From contig DRGP01000164.1 of the NCBI GenBank assembly GCA_011050015.1, positions 35,515 to 99,514 on the forward strand: DNA of 64,000 nt, read 5' to 3'. Below the pieces are notes generated by a model that saw nothing but the letters and a program-made list of their open reading frames with translations, ran no database searches and was not told the DNA's origin. The position numbers and the translations under genes are program-made. Positions 40,792-50,158 of the stretch are shown here, in pieces (position 1 is the first letter of the stretch; every line of letters starts with the position of its first letter). This DNA is from Leeuwenhoekiella sp. GTDB taxonomy: Bacteria > Bacteroidota > Bacteroidia > Flavobacteriales > Flavobacteriaceae.

Positions 40792-43155
40792 TTAAAAATC
40801 GCCAAATTTCAGTCCTATAAATACCGTTCTTGGTCGGTTGGGGCCATAAATATAGTTTGAGTCCCGAAGTGCGCCGGTGTCAAAATCATCTTGATAACTG
40901 TCAAAAAGGTTCTGCACGCCGCCACTGAGTTCTATGTGAAAAGCATCCTTAAGATCAAAGTGGTAGGTTACTTTGGTGGTCATATCAAAAAATTCTTTGG
41001 AATCCACTAGATCAATAAAACCAGAAGCGGGGTTGATTACGTGCGGTACGATCATCGAGCCGGTGTAACTGCCGGTTACGTCCAGACCAAGCGCTTCGCT
41101 AATTTGCCAGTTGGAGTTTAGAAAACCATATACATTGGGAGAACGGGCAAAGTCCTTGAGCATCACATCCTGTTCGTCAGCAGTACTTCCATCGGCTTCG
41201 AAGAGCAATTGATCATCTTTGTAAATAGATTGCTGAATGGTTGCACCGGCTTGAAAGAATAGTTGGGAACTTGGCGATACACTAAGCTCCAGGTTTACGC
41301 CTGAAACATTTGCGCTCGAACCGTTTCGGGATTCTTCGAGTATTGATCCATTGGGGAGGGAAGTCCCGGTGCTTACAATGGTAAATGGGTTCTGTAAAGT
41401 CGTATAAAAGCCTTCTAAAAGAAAATTGGTCTGGGTCTTGTTGAAATCTTTGGTAAAATTGAACGATGCGGTATAGGCATTTGCAAACTCGCTTTCCAGA
41501 TTATCAGAAAGGATCACAAAACGCTGTTCGCCGCCCACCGAAGAAATATGCAAATCTTCATTAAAGGCCTGTGGTGCCCGAAAACCACGCGCATACCCTC
41601 CACGGAACTGCAGCGCATCGGTAATGTTGTAAAGAATCGTAAACCTCGGGCTCAAAACGGTTTCGTTAACCTGAGAAGATCTACTTATCTCCTGTATGGT
41701 ATAAAAACCATCTACATCTACATGATCTAGGCGAGCCCCCATAAGTGCGGTGAATGTTTCGGTGGGTTTCCATTCATATTGACCATAAAGACCGTAATTA
41801 TTTACTTTTTGATCCACCACGCGGTTGTAGCCCGGGATGGCATCATCAGTATCGTTCAGTTGGTATTCGACTCCGGTGGTAATAACATCTGTGTTTTTGA
41901 AGGTGTGGGTATATTTTGCCCCCGTTACAAAAGCAAGGTCTTTAGTGTTGCCAAAGGCATTGCTGGCAGCGACTGAGTCTGCTTTTGTTCTCCCGCCGCC
42001 CAGGCCACCGTAGTAGCTGCCGCGGTCTGTATGCTGTGCCGAAACGTAAACGCTAAGGTCACTGGTGCGCGTATCGTTAAAAAGCTCATAATCTATCCCC
42101 GTGAAGATCGTGTTGTGATCCAGCTGTTCGGTAATATCTGTAAACTGTGGCGCAAGTTCGAGACGGTCACCACCCCTTCTAAATTCATGGATTGCTGTAA
42201 AATCTACGCCAATCTTACTGTTATCATTGGGGCGTAGAAAAACCTTTGCACCAAGGGAATTATTGGTCAGTTTAGTGATTTCGCTAAAACCGTCTCCATT
42301 GGCATCATAGGCATTCCTGTCGCGGTACATACCATAAACGGTAACCCCACTGCTCAGGTCTTCACTTACGATGGAACCGTTAATATTCACGCTTCGGTCT
42401 GGTGTTTTCCCATCAATAAAACCGAAGTTGGAATTGACCTCCCAGCTATCGTTCACGGGTTCTTTGGTAATCACGTTAATGGTGCCGGCAATGGCATTGG
42501 AGCCAAAAAGCGCCGAGCCACCACTGCGCACCACTTCTACGCGGTCAATGATGCTCACGGGTATCTGCTCTAGACCATAAACGCCGTTCAGTGCGCTAAA
42601 AACAGGCTTGCTATTTACTAGTATCTGGGTGTATTGACCCTCCAGACCATTCAGGCGTACTTGGGTGAAACCACAGTTCTGGCAATTGGTCTCCACCCTT
42701 ACGCCCGGCTGGTAGTTGAGCCCTTCTGCGAGGGAAATAGATTGGGTGGCTCTAAAGAGTTTGGGCGCGAGAACATTTACGATCACTGGTGCCTTTTTCT
42801 TGCTTATACGATTGCGTGTGGCGCTTACAACTACTTCTTCAAGCCCGAGTAAATCTTCGGTAAGGTTGAACTGTATTCTTTTTTGGTCAAAATCTTCTGG
42901 CTTCAACGTTTTTCTAAGGCTTTTAAAACCTACGGCCTGTATATTAAGGTTTATGGTCTCTTTAAGGATTTTTAGCTCAAAGTTTCCATTTTGATCTGCC
43001 GCAATTCCTTGATCACTTCCCAAAATCTCAATACTGGCAAAGGGGACAGAAGCATCACCGCTGCTTACGTGACCGCTCAAAATCACTTGTTTTTGACTAA
43101 AAACGGATCCAAACAGGCTAAATATCAATGCAAAAAAGGCATATCTAAACATCAT
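40792..43155 (-). CDS. TonB-dependent receptor with CxxC in the plug
   Basis: Signal peptide, ETNCQNCGFTQVRLNGL, RVEVVRSGGSALFG, GFRAPQ, QNLFD, YIYGP. Confidence 0.93.
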   Translation of the reverse strand: MMFRYAFFALIFSLFGSVFSQKQVILSGHVSSGDASVPFASIEILGSDQGIAADQNGNFELKILKETINLNIQAVGFKSLRKTLKPEDFDQKRIQFNLTEDLLGLEEVVVSATRNRISKKKAPVIVNVLAPKLFRATQSISLAEGLNYQPGVRVETNCQNCGFTQVRLNGLEGQYTQILVNSKPVFSALNGVYGLEQIPVSIIDRVEVVRSGGSALFGSNAIAGTINVITKEPVNDSWEVNSNFGFIDGKTPDRSVNINGSIVSEDLSSGVTVYGMYRDRNAYDANGDGFSEITKLTNNSLGAKVFLRPNDNSKIGVDFTAIHEFRRGGDRLELAPQFTDITEQLDHNTIFTGIDYELFNDTRTSDLSVYVSAQHTDRGSYYGGLGGGRTKADSVAASNAFGNTKDLAFVTGAKYTHTFKNTDVITTGVEYQLNDTDDAIPGYNRVVDQKVNNYGLYGQYEWKPTETFTALMGARLDHVDVDGFYTIQEISRSSQVNETVLSPRFTILYNITDALQFRGGYARGFRAPQAFNEDLHISSVGGEQRFVILSDNLESEFANAYTASFNFTKDFNKTQTNFLLEGFYTTLQNPFTIVSTGTSLPNGSILEESRNGSSANVSGVNLELSVSPSSQLFFQAGATIQQSIYKDDQLLFEADGSTADEQDVMLKDFARSPNVYGFLNSNWQISEALGLDVTGSYTGSMIVPHVINPASGFIDLVDSKEFFDMTTKVTYHFDLKDAFHIELSGGVQNLFDSYQDDFDTGALRDSNYIYGPNRPRTVFIGLKFGDF

Positions 43156-43178
43156 CTATATTTATAATTAAATTTATA

Positions 43179-43194
43179 TTTAGGCAAACCTAAA
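43179..43194. promoter_or_regulatory. Putative DtxR/MntR operator
   Basis: Palindrome TTTAGG-CAAA-CCTAAA in the 89-nt gap between the divergent receptor and mntR; resembles TTAGG-n4-CCTAA DtxR-family boxes. Confidence 0.75.
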
Positions 43195-43244
43195 AAATAT
43201 ACCTGAATAATTTGATGTACATTTACAGAATAATTAAAAATAAA

Positions 43245-43895
43245 ATGACGCTTTCCGAAGAAAATTATTTGAAATCTATTTATATCCTACAGAAAGGTCG
43301 TTCTACAGGGGTTAGCACAACAGTATTGGCACAGTATCTAGAAACCAAGCCGGCATCAACCACTGAAATGATCAAAAAATTACACGAAAAGGAACTGGTA
43401 ATCTATCAACCCTATCAAGGAGTAATGCTCAATGAAAATGGTGAGAAATTTGCCCTACATGTAATACGCAAGCACCGGTTATGGGAAACCTTTTTAGCTG
43501 AAAAATTAAATTTTAGTTGGGATGAGATTCACGACGTGGCCGAGCAGCTAGAGCACATTCATTCAGAAAAACTGGTGCGTGAGCTTGATCGTTTTTTGGG
43601 CTATCCCAAGCAGGATCCACATGGAGATCCCATTCCAGATGCACAGGGCAAGATGCTCAAAATGGAAAAAAAGCGTATTTCACAGCTTAAAAAAGGAGAT
43701 CAGGGCAAGTGTATAGGGGTCAATGACACTTCTTCCTCATTTCTTCAATTTCTAGACAAGCAAGCGATCAAGCTGGGTAGTGCTATCGAAATTTTAAATG
43801 TGGAGGATTTTGACCAGACCATGACTGTAAAAGTGGATGGTAAAAAGCTACTCCTTTCAAAGATAGCTACCGAAAATATTTATATACGCCTTTAA
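43245..43895 (+). CDS. mntR: DtxR/MntR metal-dependent repressor with C-terminal FeoA-like domain
   Basis: SEENYLKSIY, RKHRLWETFL, AEQLEH, DPHGDPIP. Confidence 0.93.
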   Translation: MTLSEENYLKSIYILQKGRSTGVSTTVLAQYLETKPASTTEMIKKLHEKELVIYQPYQGVMLNENGEKFALHVIRKHRLWETFLAEKLNFSWDEIHDVAEQLEHIHSEKLVRELDRFLGYPKQDPHGDPIPDAQGKMLKMEKKRISQLKKGDQGKCIGVNDTSSSFLQFLDKQAIKLGSAIEILNVEDFDQTMTVKVDGKKLLLSKIATENIYIRL

Positions 43896-43961
43896 TGGAA
43901 AAGCAGCCCTGTCAACAAGCAACACCTATTATGCCTATAAAAATAAAAATGTCTTTCCCGT

Positions 43962-45845
43962 ATGAAAAATGACAATTCCAGAAAATCACTGGGAGAAGTT
44001 CACGGTTCGGTACACACCTCAAGTGGAAAATCGGGATGGAAACGAGTACTCGCCTTTTTGGGTCCAGCCTATCTGGTGAGCGTGGGTTATATGGATCCTG
44101 GCAACTGGGCGACAGATATTGCGGGCGGAAGTGCCTTTGGCTACTCGCTGCTCTGGGTGTTGCTCATGTCTAATATTATGGCGCTGCTGTTGCAAAGCCT
44201 ATGCACGCGGCTGGGTATCGTTCGTGGGGTAGATCTTGCGCAGGCCTCGCGTGAAGTGTATCCGCCTTTTGTCAATTTTGTTTTGTGGATACTTGCCGAA
44301 ATTGCCATCGCCGCCTGTGACCTCGCCGAAGTCATCGGGATGGCTATTGGGTTAAACCTGCTTTTTGGCCTGCCCATAACCTGGGGAGTCTGTATTACCG
44401 TTTTAGATAGTTTTCTACTTCTTTTTCTGCTCAATAAAGGGATCCGAAAGATGGAGGCTTTTATCGTTTGCCTTATCTTTATTATTGGTCTTTCCTTTTT
44501 TCTGGAACTCTTTTTTGCCAAACCGGATGTAGGCGCGGTATTGACCGGTTTTGTGCCTTCTATGCCCAATAATGCTGCGCTTTACATCGCCATAGGGATT
44601 ATAGGTGCCACGGTCATGCCCCACAACCTCTACTTGCATTCTTCGCTGGTACAAACACGGGAGATCGATATGAGTCCTAAGGGGATTAAAAGGGCCTTGC
44701 GGCTTAATTTTCTGGATTCCGCGATAGCGTTGAACCTGGCCTTTTTTGTAAATGCGGCTATTTTAATACTTGCCGCTTCGGTGTTTTTTAAAAACGGGCT
44801 TTATGAGGTGGCAGATATCACTGATGCTCATAAATTGCTACAGGGCCTGCTGGGCACACAATGGGCGCCCATACTTTTTGCTATTGCCCTTATTGCAGCC
44901 GGTCAAAGCTCTACCCTTACAGGAACACTGGCCGGTCAGGTGGTTATGGAAGGGTATCTCAATTTAAGGATACAACCCTGGGTTCGGCGTCTTGCAACAC
45001 GGCTTATCGCAATTATACCAGCGTTGTTTACGGTAATTTATTACGGCGAAAATGGATTGGGCGAATTGCTGGTCTTGAGCCAAGTGGTACTGAGTTTACA
45101 GTTGGGATTTGCCATGATACCCCTTATTCATTTTGTAAGCGATAAAAAAACAATGAATGGCCACCACATTAAATGGCCCATGCGTATCCTGTCATGGATA
45201 ATCACCATAATTATTGTCGGGCTCAACGCTAAACTGGTGATTGATGAGGTGCAAAAATGGATGGCTTCCACGCAAGATTCCGTTTACATTTATGCGTTGG
45301 TAATCCCACTTATTATTGGGGCTGCGTTATTGCTTATCTATATAACCATAAAGCCCATTTTGATTAAAAAAGAGAGGAAGAAGCGCAATATGGTTCCTCA
45401 TGTAAAGCAGAATAGTCTTATGAATATTACCAGTGTTGAAGGGTATTTTCATATTGCCATTGCAGTTGATTTTTCGACTGCAGACCGCAAGACGATTTCG
45501 GCTGCGTTACAGATGGGGGGCAAACAAGCCGAATATACGCTCATTCACAGTGTAGAGACTCCTGGCGCACTCCTTTATGGAAAAGATATTAAAGATCTGG
45601 AAACCGAAAGTGATACGCATGTGCTGGAAACGTATAAACAAGAATTAGAAAATCAGGGCTACACCATAGAGGTTGCATTAGGTTTTGGCTCGCCTAAAAA
45701 GAGCATCCCACAGCTTATAAACAAAGGTGAATTTGACTTGCTTGTCTTAGGCGGGCATGGCCATACTTTGTTTAAAGACCTTCTGTTGGGAACCACCGTT
45801 GATAGTGTGCGTCACAATGTTGATATTCCTGTATTTATAGCCTAA
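43962..45845 (+). CDS. mntH: Nramp divalent metal transporter with C-terminal USP-like domain
   Basis: YMDPGNW, MPHNLYLHS, AGQSST; tail AVDFS..LVLGGHGH..LLGTTV. Confidence 0.95.
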   Translation: MKNDNSRKSLGEVHGSVHTSSGKSGWKRVLAFLGPAYLVSVGYMDPGNWATDIAGGSAFGYSLLWVLLMSNIMALLLQSLCTRLGIVRGVDLAQASREVYPPFVNFVLWILAEIAIAACDLAEVIGMAIGLNLLFGLPITWGVCITVLDSFLLLFLLNKGIRKMEAFIVCLIFIIGLSFFLELFFAKPDVGAVLTGFVPSMPNNAALYIAIGIIGATVMPHNLYLHSSLVQTREIDMSPKGIKRALRLNFLDSAIALNLAFFVNAAILILAASVFFKNGLYEVADITDAHKLLQGLLGTQWAPILFAIALIAAGQSSTLTGTLAGQVVMEGYLNLRIQPWVRRLATRLIAIIPALFTVIYYGENGLGELLVLSQVVLSLQLGFAMIPLIHFVSDKKTMNGHHIKWPMRILSWIITIIIVGLNAKLVIDEVQKWMASTQDSVYIYALVIPLIIGAALLLIYITIKPILIKKERKKRNMVPHVKQNSLMNITSVEGYFHIAIAVDFSTADRKTISAALQMGGKQAEYTLIHSVETPGALLYGKDIKDLETESDTHVLETYKQELENQGYTIEVALGFGSPKKSIPQLINKGEFDLLVLGGHGHTLFKDLLLGTTVDSVRHNVDIPVFIA

Positions 45846-45856
45846 ACATTTAATTT

Positions 45857-46678
45857 ATGAATGATATTATTGCTTTTTTTGAAGATTTAGATCCAATTTT
45901 GGCTGCTTTTTACGCCACTTTATTTACTTGGGGTGTAACCGCACTGGGAGCCAGTCTTGTTTTTCTGTTTAAGGAAATGAACCGGGCATTTTTTGACGCC
46001 ATGCTTGGTTTTGCGGGTGGGGTAATGGTAGCGGCCAGTTTCTGGAGTCTTTTGGCGCCTGGCATTGCGATGAGCCCCGGTGAAGGTTTTGAAAAAGTAG
46101 TTCCGGCAGTGGTGGGTTTTAGTCTCGGGGCGGCATTTTTATTTGGGCTAGACAAGATTTTGCCGCATTTGCATGTCAATTTTAAAATGGAAGACAAAGA
46201 AGGAATCAAAACGCCTTGGCACCGCTCTATTTTATTGACGCTTGCCATTACGTTACACAACATCCCCGAAGGCCTGGCGGTAGGTGTTCTTTTTGGCGGA
46301 GTTGCGGCTGGTTTTGAGGGCGCAAGTATTGGCGGGGCAGTGGCATTGGCAATAGGTATAGGCCTACAGAATTTTCCAGAGGGTTTTGCAGTGGCCATGC
46401 CGTTGCGCAGACAAGGACTGAGCCGATGGAAAAGCTTTAATTATGGACAGCTTTCTGCCATTGTAGAACCTTTTGCAGCGGTTCTGGGTGCGTGGGCGGT
46501 ACTCACATTTCAACCTATTTTACCGTATGCGCTATGTTTTGCCGCAGGCGCCATGATTTTTGTAGTGGTAGAGGAAGTGGTTCCGGAAGCGCAGCAGGGC
46601 AATCACACAGATTTATCTACACTTGGTTTTGTGGGAGGTTTTATCCTTATGATGACCCTTGATGTGGGGCTGGGATAA
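45857..46678 (+). CDS. ZIP family metal transporter (ZupT/GufA-like)
   Basis: LHNIPEGLAVG, LQNFPEG, FAAGAM. Confidence 0.93.
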   Translation: MNDIIAFFEDLDPILAAFYATLFTWGVTALGASLVFLFKEMNRAFFDAMLGFAGGVMVAASFWSLLAPGIAMSPGEGFEKVVPAVVGFSLGAAFLFGLDKILPHLHVNFKMEDKEGIKTPWHRSILLTLAITLHNIPEGLAVGVLFGGVAAGFEGASIGGAVALAIGIGLQNFPEGFAVAMPLRRQGLSRWKSFNYGQLSAIVEPFAAVLGAWAVLTFQPILPYALCFAAGAMIFVVVEEVVPEAQQGNHTDLSTLGFVGGFILMMTLDVGLG

Positions 46679-46709
46679 GATTTATAAATAGTTAATAGTT
46701 GAAAAAAAT

Positions 46710-46856
46710 CTAATGACAGCCACAATCGTCTTCCCCGCAGGCTTTTGAATTAGATTTTCCGCCTAAAAAGGCTGGTTTCCATATAAATTTGGTCACTAAA
46801 TAACCTAAAGCAACTAAAAATATGGCGAGAACGATTATATTTTGAAGAAGTTCCAT
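46710..46856 (-). CDS. FeoB-associated Cys-rich membrane peptide, 48 aa (not in ORF track)
   Basis: MELLQNIIVLAIFLVALGYLVTKFIWKPAFLGGKSNSKACGEDDCGCH*; lies downstream of feoB. Confidence 0.88.
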   Translation of the reverse strand: MELLQNIIVLAIFLVALGYLVTKFIWKPAFLGGKSNSKACGEDDCGCH

Positions 46857-46898
46857 AAGCTGTGATTCTTAAATTTTCTTTAAATAGCATTAAAAACG

Positions 46899-46974
46899 GC
46901 ATTCTGAATTTATTTCAGAATATCACTCAACTGATTTCCTGCTAGCATAAGAACCTGAAACGAATTCAGGTTGA
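46899..46974. repeat. REP-like doublet, type C
   Basis: ATTCTGAATTTATTTCAGAAT...AGAACCTGAAACGAATTCAGGTTGA; reverse complement matches 13429-13501. Confidence 0.7.
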
Positions 46975-46988
46975 TAAAAGCATCAATT

Positions 46989-49091
46989 TTATTTCAACAC
47001 CTGAAATGCTATCAATGCTACAATATACGCAAAACCAGACATAATTACTAATTGGAGCATGGGCCATTTCCACGTATTGGTTTCCCGTTTTACAATGGCC
47101 AGCGTGCTCATGCACTGCATGGCAAAAGCATAAAACAGTAACAGGGACACCCCACTGGCAAGATTGAACAGTGGCCCGCCCAGAATAGGGTTTACCTCTC
47201 CCGCCATGCGATTTTTTATCGTTTTCTCATCGTCACTTCCCACACTGTAAATGGTGGCCAGTGTACCCACAAAAACTTCCCTGGCGGCAAAAGAACTCAC
47301 GATGGCAATACCTATTTTCCAGTCGTAGCCCAAGGGTTGTACCAGTGGTTCAATACCTTTGCCCATATAGCCTATATAACTATTTTCAAGTTTTTGGGCA
47401 GCTACGCGTTTATCGAGCTCTTCAGACGATAGATTTTGACCGGCACTGTCCTGCTGCACGATTTCTTCCGCTTGCGAGAAATCTTTACCGGGCCCATTAG
47501 AGGCGAGTACCCAAAGGATAATGGAAATTGCCAATATAATTTTACCGGCACCAAAAACAAAAGATTTGGTTTTTTCGATCACATTATAGGCCACGTTTTT
47601 AAACAAAGGCAACTTATAATTGGGCATTTCGATGACAAAAAAGGTACGGTTTTTAATATTCAGAATGGCGTTGAGCAACCACGCCGAGGCGATCGCCGTA
47701 CCAAAGCCCAAAAGATAAAGTGCCATAAGCGTGAGGCTCTGCAGATTAAAAATATAGAGCACCTGCCGGTCTGGAATGACCAGCGAAATAATGATAAGAT
47801 ATACTGGTAAGCGCGCGGAACAAGTGGTAAATGGGGTGACCAATATGGTGATGAGGCGCTCCTTCCAGCTTTCTATATTGCGGGTGGCCATAATGGCGGG
47901 TATAGCACATGCAGTCCCCGATACCAGCGGAACCACACTCTTGCCACTTAGGCCAAAACGGCGCATAATACGATCCATTAAAAAGACCACCCGGCTCATA
48001 TAACCGGTTTCTTCCAGAATGGAGATGAAAAAGAACAAAAATGCGATCTGCGGAATAAAAATAACGATCCCGCCCAGTCCGGGAACGATCCCTTCTGCGA
48101 GCAGATTTGTAAAAGCACCTGGTGGCATGGTGTTTTTAATCCATTCCGCGATAGCGGCAAAGCTCATGTCAATCAGATCCATCGGGTAGGCAGACCAATC
48201 GTAAATGGCCTGAAAAATGAGCAATAGAATAGCAAAAAAGATCATATAGCCCCATATTTTATGGGTAAGGACACGGTCTAGGCGGCTGCGGAGATCTTTG
48301 GCAGCGAGGTGATCTATGCTCAGGGTTTCTTTAAGAACGCCATTGATGAACTGATAACGAACAATGGTTTCCTTTTGCTGTAGGCGTTTTAGGTTGCTTT
48401 TACTTTCCGTTTGAAATGAGGCAATATTTTTAAAATCCTGGCGGTTGAGCTTACCAAAATTTACATCTTGGGTAATAACGAGCCAGAGTTTGTACAGATC
48501 TTGTTTTGGGAACGCCTTGCGCAACCTTTCAAAATAATCTGGGGCAATCACCGAGGCGTTAACGCAAGGCTCTACGGAAAGGGAACGGTATTCTGTAATG
48601 AGCTCTTTAACGTGGTCAAAACCGGTATTTTTCCGAGAACTTACCAGGGCGATTTTTGTGTTCAACCGTTCTTCAAGGGCTTCAACATCCAGACTAATGG
48701 CCTTACGCTCCATACGGTCTGCCATATTTATGACCAGAATGGTGGGTATTTTAAGGTCTTTGATCTGGGTAAAAAGGAGCAGGTTACGCTTTAGGTTTTC
48801 TATATCGCTGATCACCACAGCGACATCTGGATAATCTTTGTCGTTCTTATTGAGCAGGAGTTCGATCACGAGATTTTCATCCAGTGAACTCGCATTGAGG
48901 CTATAGGTGCCTGGAAGGTCAAGAATGTGCGCTTTAACGCCACGGGGCAATTTACACACCCCTTCTTTTTTCTCTACCGTAATACCGGGATAATTACCCA
49001 CTTTCTGGTTGAGTCCCGTAAGCCGGTTAAATACAGAAGTTTTACCGGTATTGGGATTTCCTATAAGTGCAACGTTAAGCTGTTTACTCAT
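46989..49091 (-). CDS. feoB: Ferrous iron transporter B
   Basis: GNPNTGKT, GNYPGITVE, DLPG, NMAD, CSARLP, AREVFV. Confidence 0.97.
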   Translation of the reverse strand: MSKQLNVALIGNPNTGKTSVFNRLTGLNQKVGNYPGITVEKKEGVCKLPRGVKAHILDLPGTYSLNASSLDENLVIELLLNKNDKDYPDVAVVISDIENLKRNLLLFTQIKDLKIPTILVINMADRMERKAISLDVEALEERLNTKIALVSSRKNTGFDHVKELITEYRSLSVEPCVNASVIAPDYFERLRKAFPKQDLYKLWLVITQDVNFGKLNRQDFKNIASFQTESKSNLKRLQQKETIVRYQFINGVLKETLSIDHLAAKDLRSRLDRVLTHKIWGYMIFFAILLLIFQAIYDWSAYPMDLIDMSFAAIAEWIKNTMPPGAFTNLLAEGIVPGLGGIVIFIPQIAFLFFFISILEETGYMSRVVFLMDRIMRRFGLSGKSVVPLVSGTACAIPAIMATRNIESWKERLITILVTPFTTCSARLPVYLIIISLVIPDRQVLYIFNLQSLTLMALYLLGFGTAIASAWLLNAILNIKNRTFFVIEMPNYKLPLFKNVAYNVIEKTKSFVFGAGKIILAISIILWVLASNGPGKDFSQAEEIVQQDSAGQNLSSEELDKRVAAQKLENSYIGYMGKGIEPLVQPLGYDWKIGIAIVSSFAAREVFVGTLATIYSVGSDDEKTIKNRMAGEVNPILGGPLFNLASGVSLLLFYAFAMQCMSTLAIVKRETNTWKWPMLQLVIMSGFAYIVALIAFQVLK

Positions 49092-49320
49092 CCTTTAATT
49101 TTTCTACCATGATGTGCGCGGCCGTCTCACGACGTATGGCGAGATGACTCCCATTGATGTTAAGGTACATCGGGTCTTTAAAAGGAGCGATCTGTACCAG
49201 TTCTACCTCGTTCCCGGGTAGGCAGCCCATTTCCAGGAGCTTGAGCGGAACATCTTCCACCTCAAATTCTTTAATTACGGCTTTTTCGCCGCGTTTTAAA
49301 TCTGCCAGTGATATTATCAA
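49084..49320 (-). CDS. feoA: Ferrous iron transport protein A
   Basis: KLLEMGCLPG, APFKDP, LAIRR; TTG start; overlaps feoB. Confidence 0.94.
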   Translation of the reverse strand: MIISLADLKRGEKAVIKEFEVEDVPLKLLEMGCLPGNEVELVQIAPFKDPMYLNINGSHLAIRRETAAHIMVEKLKDE

Positions 49321-49325
49321 TGTTT

Positions 49326-49356
49326 ATTTAGATTGAATTTAAACAACGCAAAAGTA
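49326..49356 (-). promoter_or_regulatory. feoAB promoter (TACTTTTG, 49349-49356) with putative Fur-type box
   Basis: ATTTAGATTGAATTTAAAC (49326-49344) lies between the -7 element and the start codon. Confidence 0.7.
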
Positions 49357-49474
49357 AGGGAAACGGAAGTATTCAGAAAGGAAATAAGCGGTAAAGATTG
49401 GCCGATTTTTAGTGCAATGAAGTAGATTTTTGCTCTACGCAATCAAAAAACAGACTTTTTAGGTCAATTTTGGG

Positions 49475-50158
49475 TCAGGAATGTTCGTTTTTCTCAATTT
49501 TTTCCAGTTTTTCAATATCTTCCATAAGTTTCTCAATGGCCTCCGGATCTGTGCCATCATAAAACCCGCGGATGCGTTTTTTACTGTCAATGAGCATGAA
49601 ATTTTCAGTATGTATCATATCGTATTTACCGCCGTCTCCGGAGGTCTTTACGGCGAGGTAGCTTTTTCTTGCCAGGTCGTAGATTTCCTTTTTGGGGCCG
49701 GTGACCAGATTCCATTTAGCGTCATCCACCCCTTTTTCTTCCGCATAGCGCTTCAATTGGGCTACGGTATCGATCTCAGGGATTACGGTATGTGAGAGCA
49801 ATTTAACTTTATTGTCGCCTTTAATTTTTTTCTGGATCTGTATCATGTGATCGGTCATAATGGGGCAGATGCTCTGGCAGGTGGTAAAGAAAAAATCGGC
49901 TACGTAAATTTTGTCTTTATAATCGGCTTGCGTGATGGTGTCGCCATTTTGATTCACCAGTTTAAAGTCTGCTATGCGGTGAAATTTTTTTTCAAATCGT
50001 TTAGTGCTATCTACTAGTGCGGCATCTACCATGGTGGGCTGGTACACAGGCAGCGAGGGCGGCGGTGTGAGTAGGGTATAAATGATATAGAGTATGATTG
50101 CCGATAAAATGGCCATGATTACGGCAAATTTTTTATACTTGGCAAAAAATTGAAGCAT
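49475..50158 (-). CDS. SCO family copper chaperone
   Basis: N-terminal TM, FFFTTCQSICP (CxxxC), IHTENF; start ATG 50158. Confidence 0.94.
   Translation of the reverse strand: MLQFFAKYKKFAVIMAILSAIILYIIYTLLTPPPSLPVYQPTMVDAALVDSTKRFEKKFHRIADFKLVNQNGDTITQADYKDKIYVADFFFTTCQSICPIMTDHMIQIQKKIKGDNKVKLLSHTVIPEIDTVAQLKRYAEEKGVDDAKWNLVTGPKKEIYDLARKSYLAVKTSGDGGKYDMIHTENFMLIDSKKRIRGFYDGTDPEAIEKLMEDIEKLEKIEKNEHS

Noticed and set aside
43160-43240. Mn-sensing yybP-ykoY or cobalamin riboswitch before the receptor or mntH
   Set aside because: The intergenic gaps are too short and AT-rich, and lack the conserved cores
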